64,000 bases of DNA, taken from the NCBI GenBank assembly GCA_049302065.1, contig JBAQLU010000241.1, forward strand, positions 8,756 through 72,755, given 5' to 3'. The notes beneath the pieces are model-generated. The model saw nothing but the letters and a program-made list of their open reading frames with translations, did not search any database and was not told where the DNA came from. Origin of the DNA: Thermodesulfovibrionales bacterium. GTDB lineage: Bacteria > Nitrospirota > Thermodesulfovibrionia > Thermodesulfovibrionales > SM23-35. Position numbers and translations under genes: made by a program. Shown piece after piece: positions 36,565 to 45,136 of this stretch; position 1 is the stretch's first letter, and each line of letters opens with the position of its first letter.

Positions 36565-36676
36565 AAATTTTCATGAATTGGCAGACTTTATTCAGGCAGT
36601 CTTATTTTTGAGCCGAAGAGAACTAATCATTTAATTTTTTACAGGTGGAGATTTATTAGGGGAAGATCATGGAAGC

Positions 36677-38503
36677 TTATGCAACAGCCGCTTTTATCGC
36701 CTTTTTATCTAAATGCCTTTTGTTGGCTCCGAGCAGCTTTTTCCTCAACCTCACAAATTCAGGTGTTACCTCAACAAGCTCATCTTCTTTAATAAATTCT
36801 ATCGCCTGCTCCAGGCTCATGATCCTTGGAGGTATAAGCTGAAGCGCATCATCTGCGTTTGAGGCACGCATGTTTGTCAGCTTCTTTTCCTTAATGACAT
36901 TCACTTCAAGGTCATTTGCCCTTGAATTCTCGCCTATTATCATGCCTTCATACACATGAGTATTTTCCCTGATAAAGAGTATTCCTCTCGGTTGCAGGTG
37001 GAAAAGCGCATAGGTAGTGGATATCCCCTGCCTGTCAGCTACAAGTGCGCCTGTCTGCCTCTTGGAGATAGGGCCATGCCAGGGTTCATATCCGTCAAAG
37101 AGATGATTCAGCAGTCCTGTTCCTCTTGTATCGGTGAGAAATTGTGATCTAAAACCGATCAGCCCCCGCGAAGGGATCCTGAACTCAAGCCTTACCCTGC
37201 CAAATCCATTGTTCTGCATCTTCTGCATTTTGCCTCTTCTCATGCCGATCTGCTGGGTAACAACCCCGATGTATTCTTCAGGGACATCTATGACAAGCAG
37301 TTCCATGGGTTCATGTAAAACATCCTTTATCGTCTTTGTTATTGTCTCGGGCATGGCAACAGAAAGTTCATACCCCTCCCGCCTCATCATCTCGATAAGT
37401 ATTGCAAGCTGCAGTTCCCCGCGTCCCATAACCTTAAAGGAGTCTGTCTCGGTAAGGTCCACTTTTATTGCTACGTTATAGAGGAGTTCTTTCTCAAGCC
37501 TTTCCCTTAATTTCCTGGATGTTACATATGTGCCGTCTTTCCCTGAAAAAGGGGATGTGTTGACAGAAAATACCATCGAAATGGTAGGCTCATCCACCTT
37601 TATCCTCGGCAATGGCTTCGGATTTTCTACGTCAGTGATGGTGTCTCCTATATTTATCCCTTCCAGTCCTGCAAGGGCGATAATTTCTCCGGCAGAGGCC
37701 TCTTCAGTAGCAATCCTCTCAAGCCCCTCGAATATATAAAGTAATGATACCTTTGTCTTTGACAGTTCGCCGTCAGCTTTGGCCATGGCAACATTATCCC
37801 CTACCTTCACTGTCCCCGAGAATATACGTCCGATTGCGAGTCTCCCGACATAGTTGTCATATTCAATGTTGGTTACGAGTATCTGCAATAGACCGTTAAT
37901 TGCATTCGCAGGCGGAGGTATGGTTTTCATTATCGTATCAAACAGCGGTTTAAGATTATCTGATTCTTCCTCCATGCTCAGTGTTGCAGAGCCAAGCTTT
38001 GCGTTTGTATAAAGAACCGGGAATTCAAGCTGTTCCTCTGTTGCATCAAGATCAATAAAAAGGTCATATATCTCATTCAGCACAGCCTGTATCCTTGCAT
38101 CAGGCCGGTCTATCTTATTGATAACAACTATAGGCGGGAGTTTGCGTTCAAGGGCTTTTTGCAGCACAAACCTTGTCTGCGGCAGGGGGCCTTCTGAGGC
38201 GTCAACAAGCAGCAGCACCCCGTCTACCATCTTCAGTGTCCTCTCAACTTCACCGCCAAAGTCTGCATGACCGGGGGTATCTACAATATTAATCTTCATG
38301 CCGTTGTACCGAACGGCTGCATTCTTTGCCATGATAGTTATGCCGCGTTCCCTCTCAAGGTCAATATTGTCCATAATGCGTTCCTGCACCTTTTCATTGG
38401 ATCGGAAAAGCCCGGCCTGTTTCATCATCCCGTCAACAAGCGTAGTCTTGCCATGATCAACATGGGCTATAATAGCTATATTCCTTAAATCATCACGTCT
38501 CAT
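36677..38503 (-). CDS. typA: Translational GTPase TypA/BipA
   Basis: G1 'AHVDHGKTT', G3 'DTPGHADF', G4 'NKID', and full-length colinearity with BipA. ATG at 38503 ([12 protein letters not shown]...) with an upstream aggaaagg RBS is preferred over the ORF-track start at 38554. Confidence 0.95.
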   Translation of the reverse strand: MRRDDLRNIAIIAHVDHGKTTLVDGMMKQAGLFRSNEKVQERIMDNIDLERERGITIMAKNAAVRYNGMKINIVDTPGHADFGGEVERTLKMVDGVLLLVDASEGPLPQTRFVLQKALERKLPPIVVINKIDRPDARIQAVLNEIYDLFIDLDATEEQLEFPVLYTNAKLGSATLSMEEESDNLKPLFDTIMKTIPPPANAINGLLQILVTNIEYDNYVGRLAIGRIFSGTVKVGDNVAMAKADGELSKTKVSLLYIFEGLERIATEEASAGEIIALAGLEGINIGDTITDVENPKPLPRIKVDEPTISMVFSVNTSPFSGKDGTYVTSRKLRERLEKELLYNVAIKVDLTETDSFKVMGRGELQLAILIEMMRREGYELSVAMPETITKTIKDVLHEPMELLVIDVPEEYIGVVTQQIGMRRGKMQKMQNNGFGRVRLEFRIPSRGLIGFRSQFLTDTRGTGLLNHLFDGYEPWHGPISKRQTGALVADRQGISTTYALFHLQPRGILFIRENTHVYEGMIIGENSRANDLEVNVIKEKKLTNMRASNADDALQLIPPRIMSLEQAIEFIKEDELVEVTPEFVRLRKKLLGANKRHLDKKAIKAAVA

Positions 38504-38780
38504 AAACAAACCTTTCCTCTTCTCTGCCTTTAGAAATCTTATGCGCTGATACAACGCTGTAAAGAATAATAAGACAAATTCAGTTATTCAGAGTATCAAT
38601 CATGATTTTATCGACAATGCCTCTGGAGGGACAAAGAAATCACAACCTATATATTTTACTTTATTTTCAAATATAAAAGCTACAGGTCTGTCATAGAAGT
38701 ATTTATTTGAACAAGTTCCAAAAAGAATTTTCAGTTTTGAGCTAAAATAGACACTATATGTACAGGATTATATTCAGACA

Positions 38781-39950
38781 ATGAAGATCCTTTATTACGA
38801 CTGTTTTTCAGGCATCAGCGGCGACATGAACCTTGCTGCCATGATTGACCTTGGTGTGCCCGGAGAATACCTCAAGCAGGAACTTGCCAGACTGTTCCTG
38901 AAAGATTATTCCATCCTGATTTCTGACGAGATCCGGAATGGCATAAAAGGCACTAAAGTGCGTATCCAGACAGAAGCTGATTCATATGAGCATCGCAATC
39001 TGAATGACATCCTTCAACTGATTCATAAGAGCGGTCTTAATGAAAATGTCTGTTACGGTGCAGAGAGGATGTTCAGAACACTCGCAGAAGCTGAAGCAAA
39101 AGTGCACGGGACTTCTACTGATACCATTCATTTTCACGAATTGGGCGCTGTTGATTCGATACTTGATATCGTTGGCGCTGCAATATGTTTCGATTATCTG
39201 AAGCCCGACCGTATCATCAGTTCCTCCGTTGAGCTTGGAAGCGGATTTGCCGGGGGCGAACACGGAACACTTCCTGTGCCGGCTCCTGCAACAGTTGAGA
39301 TCCTGAAAAACATCCCTGTAAAAAAAGGGTCTCAACCATTCGAAGCCACCACTCCGACAGGCGCTGTAATACTTGCATGCAATGTGAATGAATTCACTGA
39401 TAACCTTTCTTTCAGGATTCAGAAAACTGCGTATGGCATCGGCAACAGGCAATCAGCAATCCCGAATCTCCTCAGGGTTCACCTCGGCAAAACTCTTGCA
39501 AGGCCGGACCAGGAACACCACTCGTTGATTGAGTGCAATATTGATGACATGAACCCTGAACTCATTGATTACATTATGGACAAGCTGTTTGCCGAAGGGG
39601 CTGATGACGTCTTCATTACTCCGATAATCATGAAGAAGACCCGGAACGCATCACAATTGAGCGTTCTCTGCAGCAATGAGAAAAAAGAGAAACTCATTTC
39701 ATTGATACTGCATGAGACGTCTACCTTTGGGCTGAGAACTTGCTCTGTTGAGAAGACAGCCCTGCCAAGAGAATTCATATCCGCAGATACCCGATACGGA
39801 AAGATAACCCTGAAAAAGGCTCTTCTTCCAAACGGAGAGAGCAAGGTGAAACCCGAATATGATGAGATTGCCGCCATCGCAAAGGCGCACAATAAGCCGA
39901 TACGAGAGGTATACCAGGAAATCATAAATGATCTTTCTCAGGAGAAATGA
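38781..39950 (+). CDS. larC: Nickel-pincer cofactor biosynthesis protein LarC (DUF111)
   Basis: 389 aa. The N-terminus 'MKILYYDCFSGISGDMNLAAMIDLGV' is typical of LarC, and it is followed by larE and larB. Confidence 0.9.
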   Translation: MKILYYDCFSGISGDMNLAAMIDLGVPGEYLKQELARLFLKDYSILISDEIRNGIKGTKVRIQTEADSYEHRNLNDILQLIHKSGLNENVCYGAERMFRTLAEAEAKVHGTSTDTIHFHELGAVDSILDIVGAAICFDYLKPDRIISSSVELGSGFAGGEHGTLPVPAPATVEILKNIPVKKGSQPFEATTPTGAVILACNVNEFTDNLSFRIQKTAYGIGNRQSAIPNLLRVHLGKTLARPDQEHHSLIECNIDDMNPELIDYIMDKLFAEGADDVFITPIIMKKTRNASQLSVLCSNEKKEKLISLILHETSTFGLRTCSVEKTALPREFISADTRYGKITLKKALLPNGESKVKPEYDEIAAIAKAHNKPIREVYQEIINDLSQEK

Positions 39951-40756
39951 TTACACCGGAACAGAAATATCAGAGACTAAGAGATTATCTGAAGAAGCTG
40001 AAAAAGGTAGTGATAGCTTTTTCCGGTGGGGTTGACAGTACTTTTTTGCTGATAACCGCACACAATGCTTTGGGTGACAATGTGTTTGCAGTTACTGTTG
40101 ACTCTCCGTATATTCCACGCAGGGAATTGAAAGAAGCAAAAGACCTTGCGCGGAAATTCAATATCAGGCATCAGATAATAAAACTCCCGCTTTCTGAATC
40201 TATTATTGAAAATCCTGAAGACAGATGTTACTACTGCAAGTCGTCTTTTTTTTCAGGCATCACTAAGAAAGCGTATCAAAAAGGTTTTGAGCATATTTTA
40301 GAAGGCACAAACAGAGATGATCAGCGCGACTACCGCCCCGGATCACGCGCATTAAGAGAATCAGGGATACTCAGTCCGCTGAAAATATGCGGCCTGTCTA
40401 AGCAGGATATCAGAAGCCTCTCAAGACAATTGAAGCTTCCGACATGGGATAAGCCGGCAGATTCCTGTCTGTTGACAAGAATCCCTTATAATACGAGAAT
40501 AACGCTTGATGAACTTAAAAGGATCGAAAGATCCGAGCATTACCTTGCAGGGATAGGGTTCTCAGGTGTGCGTGTCAGAAGCCATGGGGATCTCGCACGC
40601 ATTGAAGTAAGCCGGGATCAAAGATCAACGATATTGGATGAAACAGTAATGGATCCGGTTTCAATACATCTTAAAGATTACGGATATACCTATGTGTGTT
40701 TTGATCTGGAAGGATACAGAATGGGAAGTTTTAAACCTAAAAAGGGAATACTATGA
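39947..40756 (+). CDS. larE: ATP-dependent sulfur transferase LarE (PP-loop ATP pyrophosphatase)
   Basis: 269 aa. PP-loop 'AFSGGVDST', and Cys residues in 'DRCYYCK' and 'DSCLLTRIPY'. Confidence 0.9.
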   Translation: MITPEQKYQRLRDYLKKLKKVVIAFSGGVDSTFLLITAHNALGDNVFAVTVDSPYIPRRELKEAKDLARKFNIRHQIIKLPLSESIIENPEDRCYYCKSSFFSGITKKAYQKGFEHILEGTNRDDQRDYRPGSRALRESGILSPLKICGLSKQDIRSLSRQLKLPTWDKPADSCLLTRIPYNTRITLDELKRIERSEHYLAGIGFSGVRVRSHGDLARIEVSRDQRSTILDETVMDPVSIHLKDYGYTYVCFDLEGYRMGSFKPKKGIL

Positions 40757-41514
40757 GCCCTGAAGAACTGAAAGAGATACTTTTAAGAGTCAAAAACGGA
40801 AAATTAAACGTGGACGGGGCGCTAAAAGAACTAAAGGAACTGCCTTTTAAGGACCTCGGTCATACAAAGATAGACCTTCACCGCAGTCTCCGCACCGGCT
40901 ATCCTGAAGTTATCTTCTCTCCCGGCAAGACCATAGAGCAGATTGAACACATTGTCAGATCCATGCTCGAAGGGAAAAACAATATCCTGTGCACGAGAGC
41001 GGATGAAGAGATATTTATGGCTGTAAAAAAATTAAGCCGGCATGCCGAATATAACAGACTGGCCCGAACCATAAGCATCATACAGAAAAAGATGAAAATG
41101 CCTTCTACATATATCTCGATTGTCACTGCCGGGACATCGGATATCCCTGTGGCAGAAGAAGCCGCAGTCACAGCAGAGATTTTTGGCAATAAGGTGAAAA
41201 GGATCTATGATGTTGGGGTTGCAGGCATTCACCGCCTGAGCGAGAATATGCAGGGGATCGCCCGTGCAAGGGTGATTATTGCTGTTGCAGGCATGGAAGG
41301 CGCCCTGCCAAGCGTAATAGGCGGGCTCGTTGATAAGCCTGTCATTGCAGTGCCTACAAGCGTCGGATATGGTGCAAGTTTTCATGGCATTACAGCATTG
41401 CTCGGCATGCTGACCAGTTGCGCAAGCGGTGTCAGTGTTGTGAATATTGATAACGGTTTCGGCGCCGGCGTCCTCGCAAGTATGATCAATAAATTAGGTT
41501 CAGTTGGAAAATGA
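40753..41514 (+). CDS. larB: Pyridinium-3,5-biscarboxylic acid mononucleotide synthase LarB (AIR carboxylase-like)
   Basis: 253 aa. PurE-like core 'ISIVTAGTSDIPVAEEA' and 'GMEGALPSVIGG'. Confidence 0.9.
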   Translation: MSPEELKEILLRVKNGKLNVDGALKELKELPFKDLGHTKIDLHRSLRTGYPEVIFSPGKTIEQIEHIVRSMLEGKNNILCTRADEEIFMAVKKLSRHAEYNRLARTISIIQKKMKMPSTYISIVTAGTSDIPVAEEAAVTAEIFGNKVKRIYDVGVAGIHRLSENMQGIARARVIIAVAGMEGALPSVIGGLVDKPVIAVPTSVGYGASFHGITALLGMLTSCASGVSVVNIDNGFGAGVLASMINKLGSVGK

Positions 41515-41528
41515 AAATTATGTTTAGT

Positions 41529-41632
41529 AATCCCCCTTAATCCCCCTTTAGAAAAGGGGGAGGTAATACGTAAATGCCATTCTGAAAAGAAGCAAAATCC
41601 CCCTCTTTTATAAAGAGGGGTTAGGGGAGATT
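41529..41632. repeat. Family-B repeat element (aatccccct ... aggggagatt)
   Basis: aatcccccttaatccccctttagaaaaggggga ... aaaatccccctcttttataaagaggggttaggggagatt. Confidence 0.75.
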
Positions 41633-41644
41633 ACTCAATAAATT

Positions 41645-43183
41645 ATGAATAAATCTTTAGCGGTATTTTGCCTATTCCTCCTGTTATTCCTCTCGGTTCC
41701 ATATGCACAGGCTGAGCAGACTGTAATCCGTATTTTGTATCTGAATGATTTCCACGGTTTTGCAGAGCCGTATAGGCCCTTTGGCTCTGATGAAAACCTT
41801 GGGGGCATTGCATATCTCTCTGCTAAGCTGAATTCATTGCGAAATGAAAGAGATTCGTTATTGATCTCGGCAGGGGACATGATCCAGGGAAATAACTGGG
41901 CAAATCTTTCGCAGGGAGAATCAGTTATTGAATTGATGAATGCCATGAAATTTGACGCTATGGTCCTGGGAAACCATGAATTTGATTTCGGGCAGGATGT
42001 TCTGAAAAAACGGATATCTGAAGCAACGTTCCCTGTGCTTGGCGCAAATATTGAAGGTCTTGATTTACTCAAACCGTATGTCATAAAGGAAATCAATAAG
42101 GTAAAAGTAGCTGTTATAGGAGTTGTGACAGCTGATACACCCGTATCAACTGATCCACGAAATGTAGCGGGCCTGATATTCCTTCAGCCGGCAGAGGTTG
42201 TGAAAAATAATTTACAGGAATTAAAAGACAAGGCTGATATCTTTATCGTCCTTTCTCATATTGGATATCAGGCTGACAGAAGCCTTGCAGAGGACGTAAA
42301 AGGCATAGATATAATCGTCGGAGGACATTCTCATACAAAGCTTAGCCAGCCGGTGCTTATCGGGGATACAATAATAGTTCAGGCATGGGAGCATGCAAAG
42401 GCCCTTGGAGTCCTTGATCTCACTGTTGCAGATGGAAGGATAGAGAAATACGAGGGTCATCTTGAGGAGATCAGGCCTGAACCGGACAAGGATGATAAAA
42501 ATATTACAGCGATTGTTGAAAAATACCGGGAAAAGGTCGATACAGTCCTCAATGAAACAGTCGGAGAGGCCGGGGTTGATTTTGACGGCGAGAATGTGAG
42601 GAAAAAAGAAACAAATCTCGGTGACCTCATAGCTGATATTATGAGAGAAACGGCACATGCTGATATTGCACTCATAAATGGAGGGACTATCAGGACAAGC
42701 ATTAAAAAAGGGGAGTTAAAGGTAAAACATATCTATGCGGTTCTGCCTTTTGATAATTATATTGTTGCTGTCAGACTGACAGGAAAACAAATCAGGGAAG
42801 CACTGGAGCATGGCGTATCCGCCGTTGAAGAAGGGGCCGGCAGATTCCCCCAGGTATCAGGCCTTGGATTCACATACTCCATTTCAGCAAAGGCTGGTTC
42901 GAGAATAAAGGATATCTTCATTGCCGGCAAACTGATAGAAGAAAATAGAGAATATATTGTTGCCACAAATGATTTCCTTGCAGCGGGTGGCGACGGATAT
43001 AAGGCATTTGGAGATGCGGTAAGATCCTCAAGGGATTTCTCAATCGTCGGCGGCACAATGAAAGGTGATAAATTGACATACAGTGATTCCGGCAGATGGC
43101 TGAGGGATGTGGTAATAGAATACATAAAGGGAAAAAGAATAATTTCTCCGGCCATAGAAGGCCGGATTACAGAAACTCCCTGA
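41645..43183 (+). CDS. Secreted bifunctional 5'-nucleotidase / UDP-sugar hydrolase family (metallophosphatase + 5'-nucleotidase C domain)
   Basis: 512 aa with a signal peptide. Metallophosphatase motifs are 'LNDFHG', 'GDMIQGN', 'GNHEFD' and 'GGHSH'. C-terminal substrate-binding domain ('TNDFLAAGGDGY'). Confidence 0.85.
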   Translation: MNKSLAVFCLFLLLFLSVPYAQAEQTVIRILYLNDFHGFAEPYRPFGSDENLGGIAYLSAKLNSLRNERDSLLISAGDMIQGNNWANLSQGESVIELMNAMKFDAMVLGNHEFDFGQDVLKKRISEATFPVLGANIEGLDLLKPYVIKEINKVKVAVIGVVTADTPVSTDPRNVAGLIFLQPAEVVKNNLQELKDKADIFIVLSHIGYQADRSLAEDVKGIDIIVGGHSHTKLSQPVLIGDTIIVQAWEHAKALGVLDLTVADGRIEKYEGHLEEIRPEPDKDDKNITAIVEKYREKVDTVLNETVGEAGVDFDGENVRKKETNLGDLIADIMRETAHADIALINGGTIRTSIKKGELKVKHIYAVLPFDNYIVAVRLTGKQIREALEHGVSAVEEGAGRFPQVSGLGFTYSISAKAGSRIKDIFIAGKLIEENREYIVATNDFLAAGGDGYKAFGDAVRSSRDFSIVGGTMKGDKLTYSDSGRWLRDVVIEYIKGKRIISPAIEGRITETP

Positions 43184-43185
43184 TC

Positions 43186-43368
43186 ATGAAAGTTTTTGTT
43201 AATGATATCCCAATCGAGATCCTGCCGGGGATGACTGTCAGGCATGCCCTTGTCAGCGCAGATCTTCTAAAGGGAATAGAGTCATCAAAGCGGGTTTTTG
43301 ATGAATGGGGTAACGAGATCGGGTTGGACGGGGCATTGTCCGAAGGAGCAAAGATTTACGTTCGATAA
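43186..43368 (+). CDS. Possible 60-aa small protein (hypothetical)
   Basis: ATG 43186 lies 2 nt after the nucleotidase stop and gives MKVFVNDIPIEILPGMTVRHALVSADLL...GAKIYVR. No recognisable motif. Confidence 0.3.
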   Translation: MKVFVNDIPIEILPGMTVRHALVSADLLKGIESSKRVFDEWGNEIGLDGALSEGAKIYVR

Positions 43369-44261
43369 TCTGTTCTGCCTTTTACCTGCCGCTTAATCCA
43401 CCAACCATAATACCATTCTCCTAACACTACGGTTAAAAGCGTTAGACCGAACCCTGCGATCACGTCAACGACGTAGTGATACCGGCAGTATACCGTTGAA
43501 AAGATCATGGCTGATACAATGGGGAGCGCTATCCGGAAAAACCCCTTCCTGAACCTCCATGCAAGATAGAGGACAGTCAGAGCAATACCGGTATGTCCGC
43601 TTGGGAACGCATCTCTTTTTATGCCCTCAAGCCTGTTAAGAAGGTTCTGTATTGGTTCGGCAGCAAAAAAACCCTGGAGTTCTGTTGTCTGAATGTTGCT
43701 CAGGCAGAATCTTGGTCCAAGGGCAGGGAAGAGGATATAACCGAGATATGAAAGATAAAAACATAGCAAAATCATGAATATTGTCTTATCAAACTCCTCT
43801 CTCTGTTTATTCATTAAAAGGATGATACTAAAGCTTATCGGGATGAAATAGTACGTTGAATAGGCAATCTGAAGGATATCAGTGAGAAAAGGGTTCATTA
43901 TGCTTTCGAGCATAACAGTAGGATGGTTGCCGAAAATAAGATAATCAAGCCTGATAAGTACCGGGTCTATGTCCTCCGGATTAATATAATGCACAATCCA
44001 TTCAAGGCTGTCAAAAACCGCCAGCACGCAGATTATGGGAAAAATCACATCATAAAAATTCCTCATGAATCTACCGTTGTCTCTAAACCGGATGAGAATT
44101 ATCTGTGTAAGAATCATGAGCGAGTAGATACCCAGCAGATAAGGCGCTCTTGGGAGAATTGCAAAATAGAACAGTGTCAGACCGGTCAGGAACAAAAGGA
44201 AAATAATTGTGACGGTATCTGCAGGTCTTTGCTGAAAAAGTGCGCTGAAGATCCTCTTCAT
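43356..44261 (-). CDS. PAP2-superfamily membrane phosphatase/phosphotransferase
   Basis: 301 aa, polytopic. PAP2 motifs are 'FPSGHTGIALT' and 'CRYHYVVDVIAG'. Confidence 0.75.
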   Translation of the reverse strand: MKRIFSALFQQRPADTVTIIFLLFLTGLTLFYFAILPRAPYLLGIYSLMILTQIILIRFRDNGRFMRNFYDVIFPIICVLAVFDSLEWIVHYINPEDIDPVLIRLDYLIFGNHPTVMLESIMNPFLTDILQIAYSTYYFIPISFSIILLMNKQREEFDKTIFMILLCFYLSYLGYILFPALGPRFCLSNIQTTELQGFFAAEPIQNLLNRLEGIKRDAFPSGHTGIALTVLYLAWRFRKGFFRIALPIVSAMIFSTVYCRYHYVVDVIAGFGLTLLTVVLGEWYYGWWIKRQVKGRTDYRT

Positions 44262-44752
44262 TAAAGCTTGCTTAATGCCCTTTTGATTGCCTTATCTTTT
44301 TTTGACAACTTCCTCGGATTGCCTTTCCTTTGAGGTTCTATATATTCATCATCGTCATATTCTCCTTCATCAGTTGAAAGACGGTCTTTTCTCTCAAATA
44401 CTTTCAGGAATTTCTCTGAAGATACAGGGATAGAACCTGCAGCCCATGCATGGTCTGCTATCTCCCTGTCTGACGTGATCACAATCCACTCACGCCGATC
44501 TGAAGAAATGATACGTTTAATAACAGCATCGGCCTTTTCACCAATCCTTGAATAGATGATCCTTATTCCACCTGTTACTGCCTGGTTCTCGTTGCCTTCG
44601 CCTGTCCTCCATCCGTCAAAAACAATGGTTATATCATGACCCTTTTTCTTTCTGTAATCGACGAGAGACTGGATGAACAGTTCCCTCTCATGCCTGAGGT
44701 CATTGTGATGTATACCAATCAGATTGTAACCGTCAATAATAATTGAAGAAAT
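44261..44752 (-). CDS. NYN-domain RNase-like protein (YacP/Rae1 family) with apparent ATT initiation codon
   Basis: Own translation: (I)SSIIIDGYNLIGIHHNDLRHERELFIQSLVDYRKKKGHDITIVFDGWRTGEGNENQ...WIVITSDREIADHAW. 'IIDGYN' and 'TSDRE' are YacP motifs. AGGAGG (44763-44758) lies 5 nt upstream of ATT (44752). An in-frame TAG 9 nt upstream excludes a longer ORF. The ORF track reported only the C-terminal 73 aa. Confidence 0.65.
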   Translation of the reverse strand: MSSIIIDGYNLIGIHHNDLRHERELFIQSLVDYRKKKGHDITIVFDGWRTGEGNENQAVTGGIRIIYSRIGEKADAVIKRIISSDRREWIVITSDREIADHAWAAGSIPVSSEKFLKVFERKDRLSTDEGEYDDDEYIEPQRKGNPRKLSKKDKAIKRALSKL

Positions 44753-44967
44753 AGTAACCTCCTATGTTTTATATCTGTTCAACAAGATAGCCTTTCTTCC
44801 TGAGCATCTCTATAATACCTTTGTCACCGACAATCTGAATATCGATTTTACTTACATCCAATCCTTTTGCCTGTTTTTATCATATCTACTCCGATGGTAT
44901 CTCATAGCTTCCTTTCAATTGTATGCAATAATCTATTTTATAACAATCTGTCCATGCCAACATTAAG

Positions 44968-44995
44968 TTGCATATTTTTTTATAGATGATATAAT
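44968..44995 (+). promoter_or_regulatory. Candidate sigma70-type promoter upstream of the PAS/GAF histidine kinase
   Basis: -35 TTGCAT (44968-44973), 16-nt spacer, perfect -10 TATAAT (44990-44995), ~140 nt upstream of ATG 45137. Confidence 0.35.
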
Positions 44996-45136
44996 CAAGA
45001 TCAAGGTTATGCTTATTCAAGTGTCAACGGAGGCAATAATGGTTTCAGCACAAAATTTGCATTCACTCACTCCTCTTCCCTTATGAGAGATTTTTTTTCA
45101 ATAGCTTATCTATATGCATTCGGTGAGGAACTTTAG

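Noticed and set aside
36590-36630. Terminator between the acyltransferase and typA (agact...agtct followed by tatttttg)
   Set aside because: The stem is only 5 bp with a 10-nt loop, which is too weak to call.
44769-44880. Short minus-strand ORF ending ...KGLDVSKIDIQIVGDKGIIEMLRKKGYLVEQI just upstream of the YacP-like gene
   Set aside because: Only ~31 codons are open after stop codons, with a TTG start at best and no recognisable motif. It may be a gene remnant, but I cannot support it.
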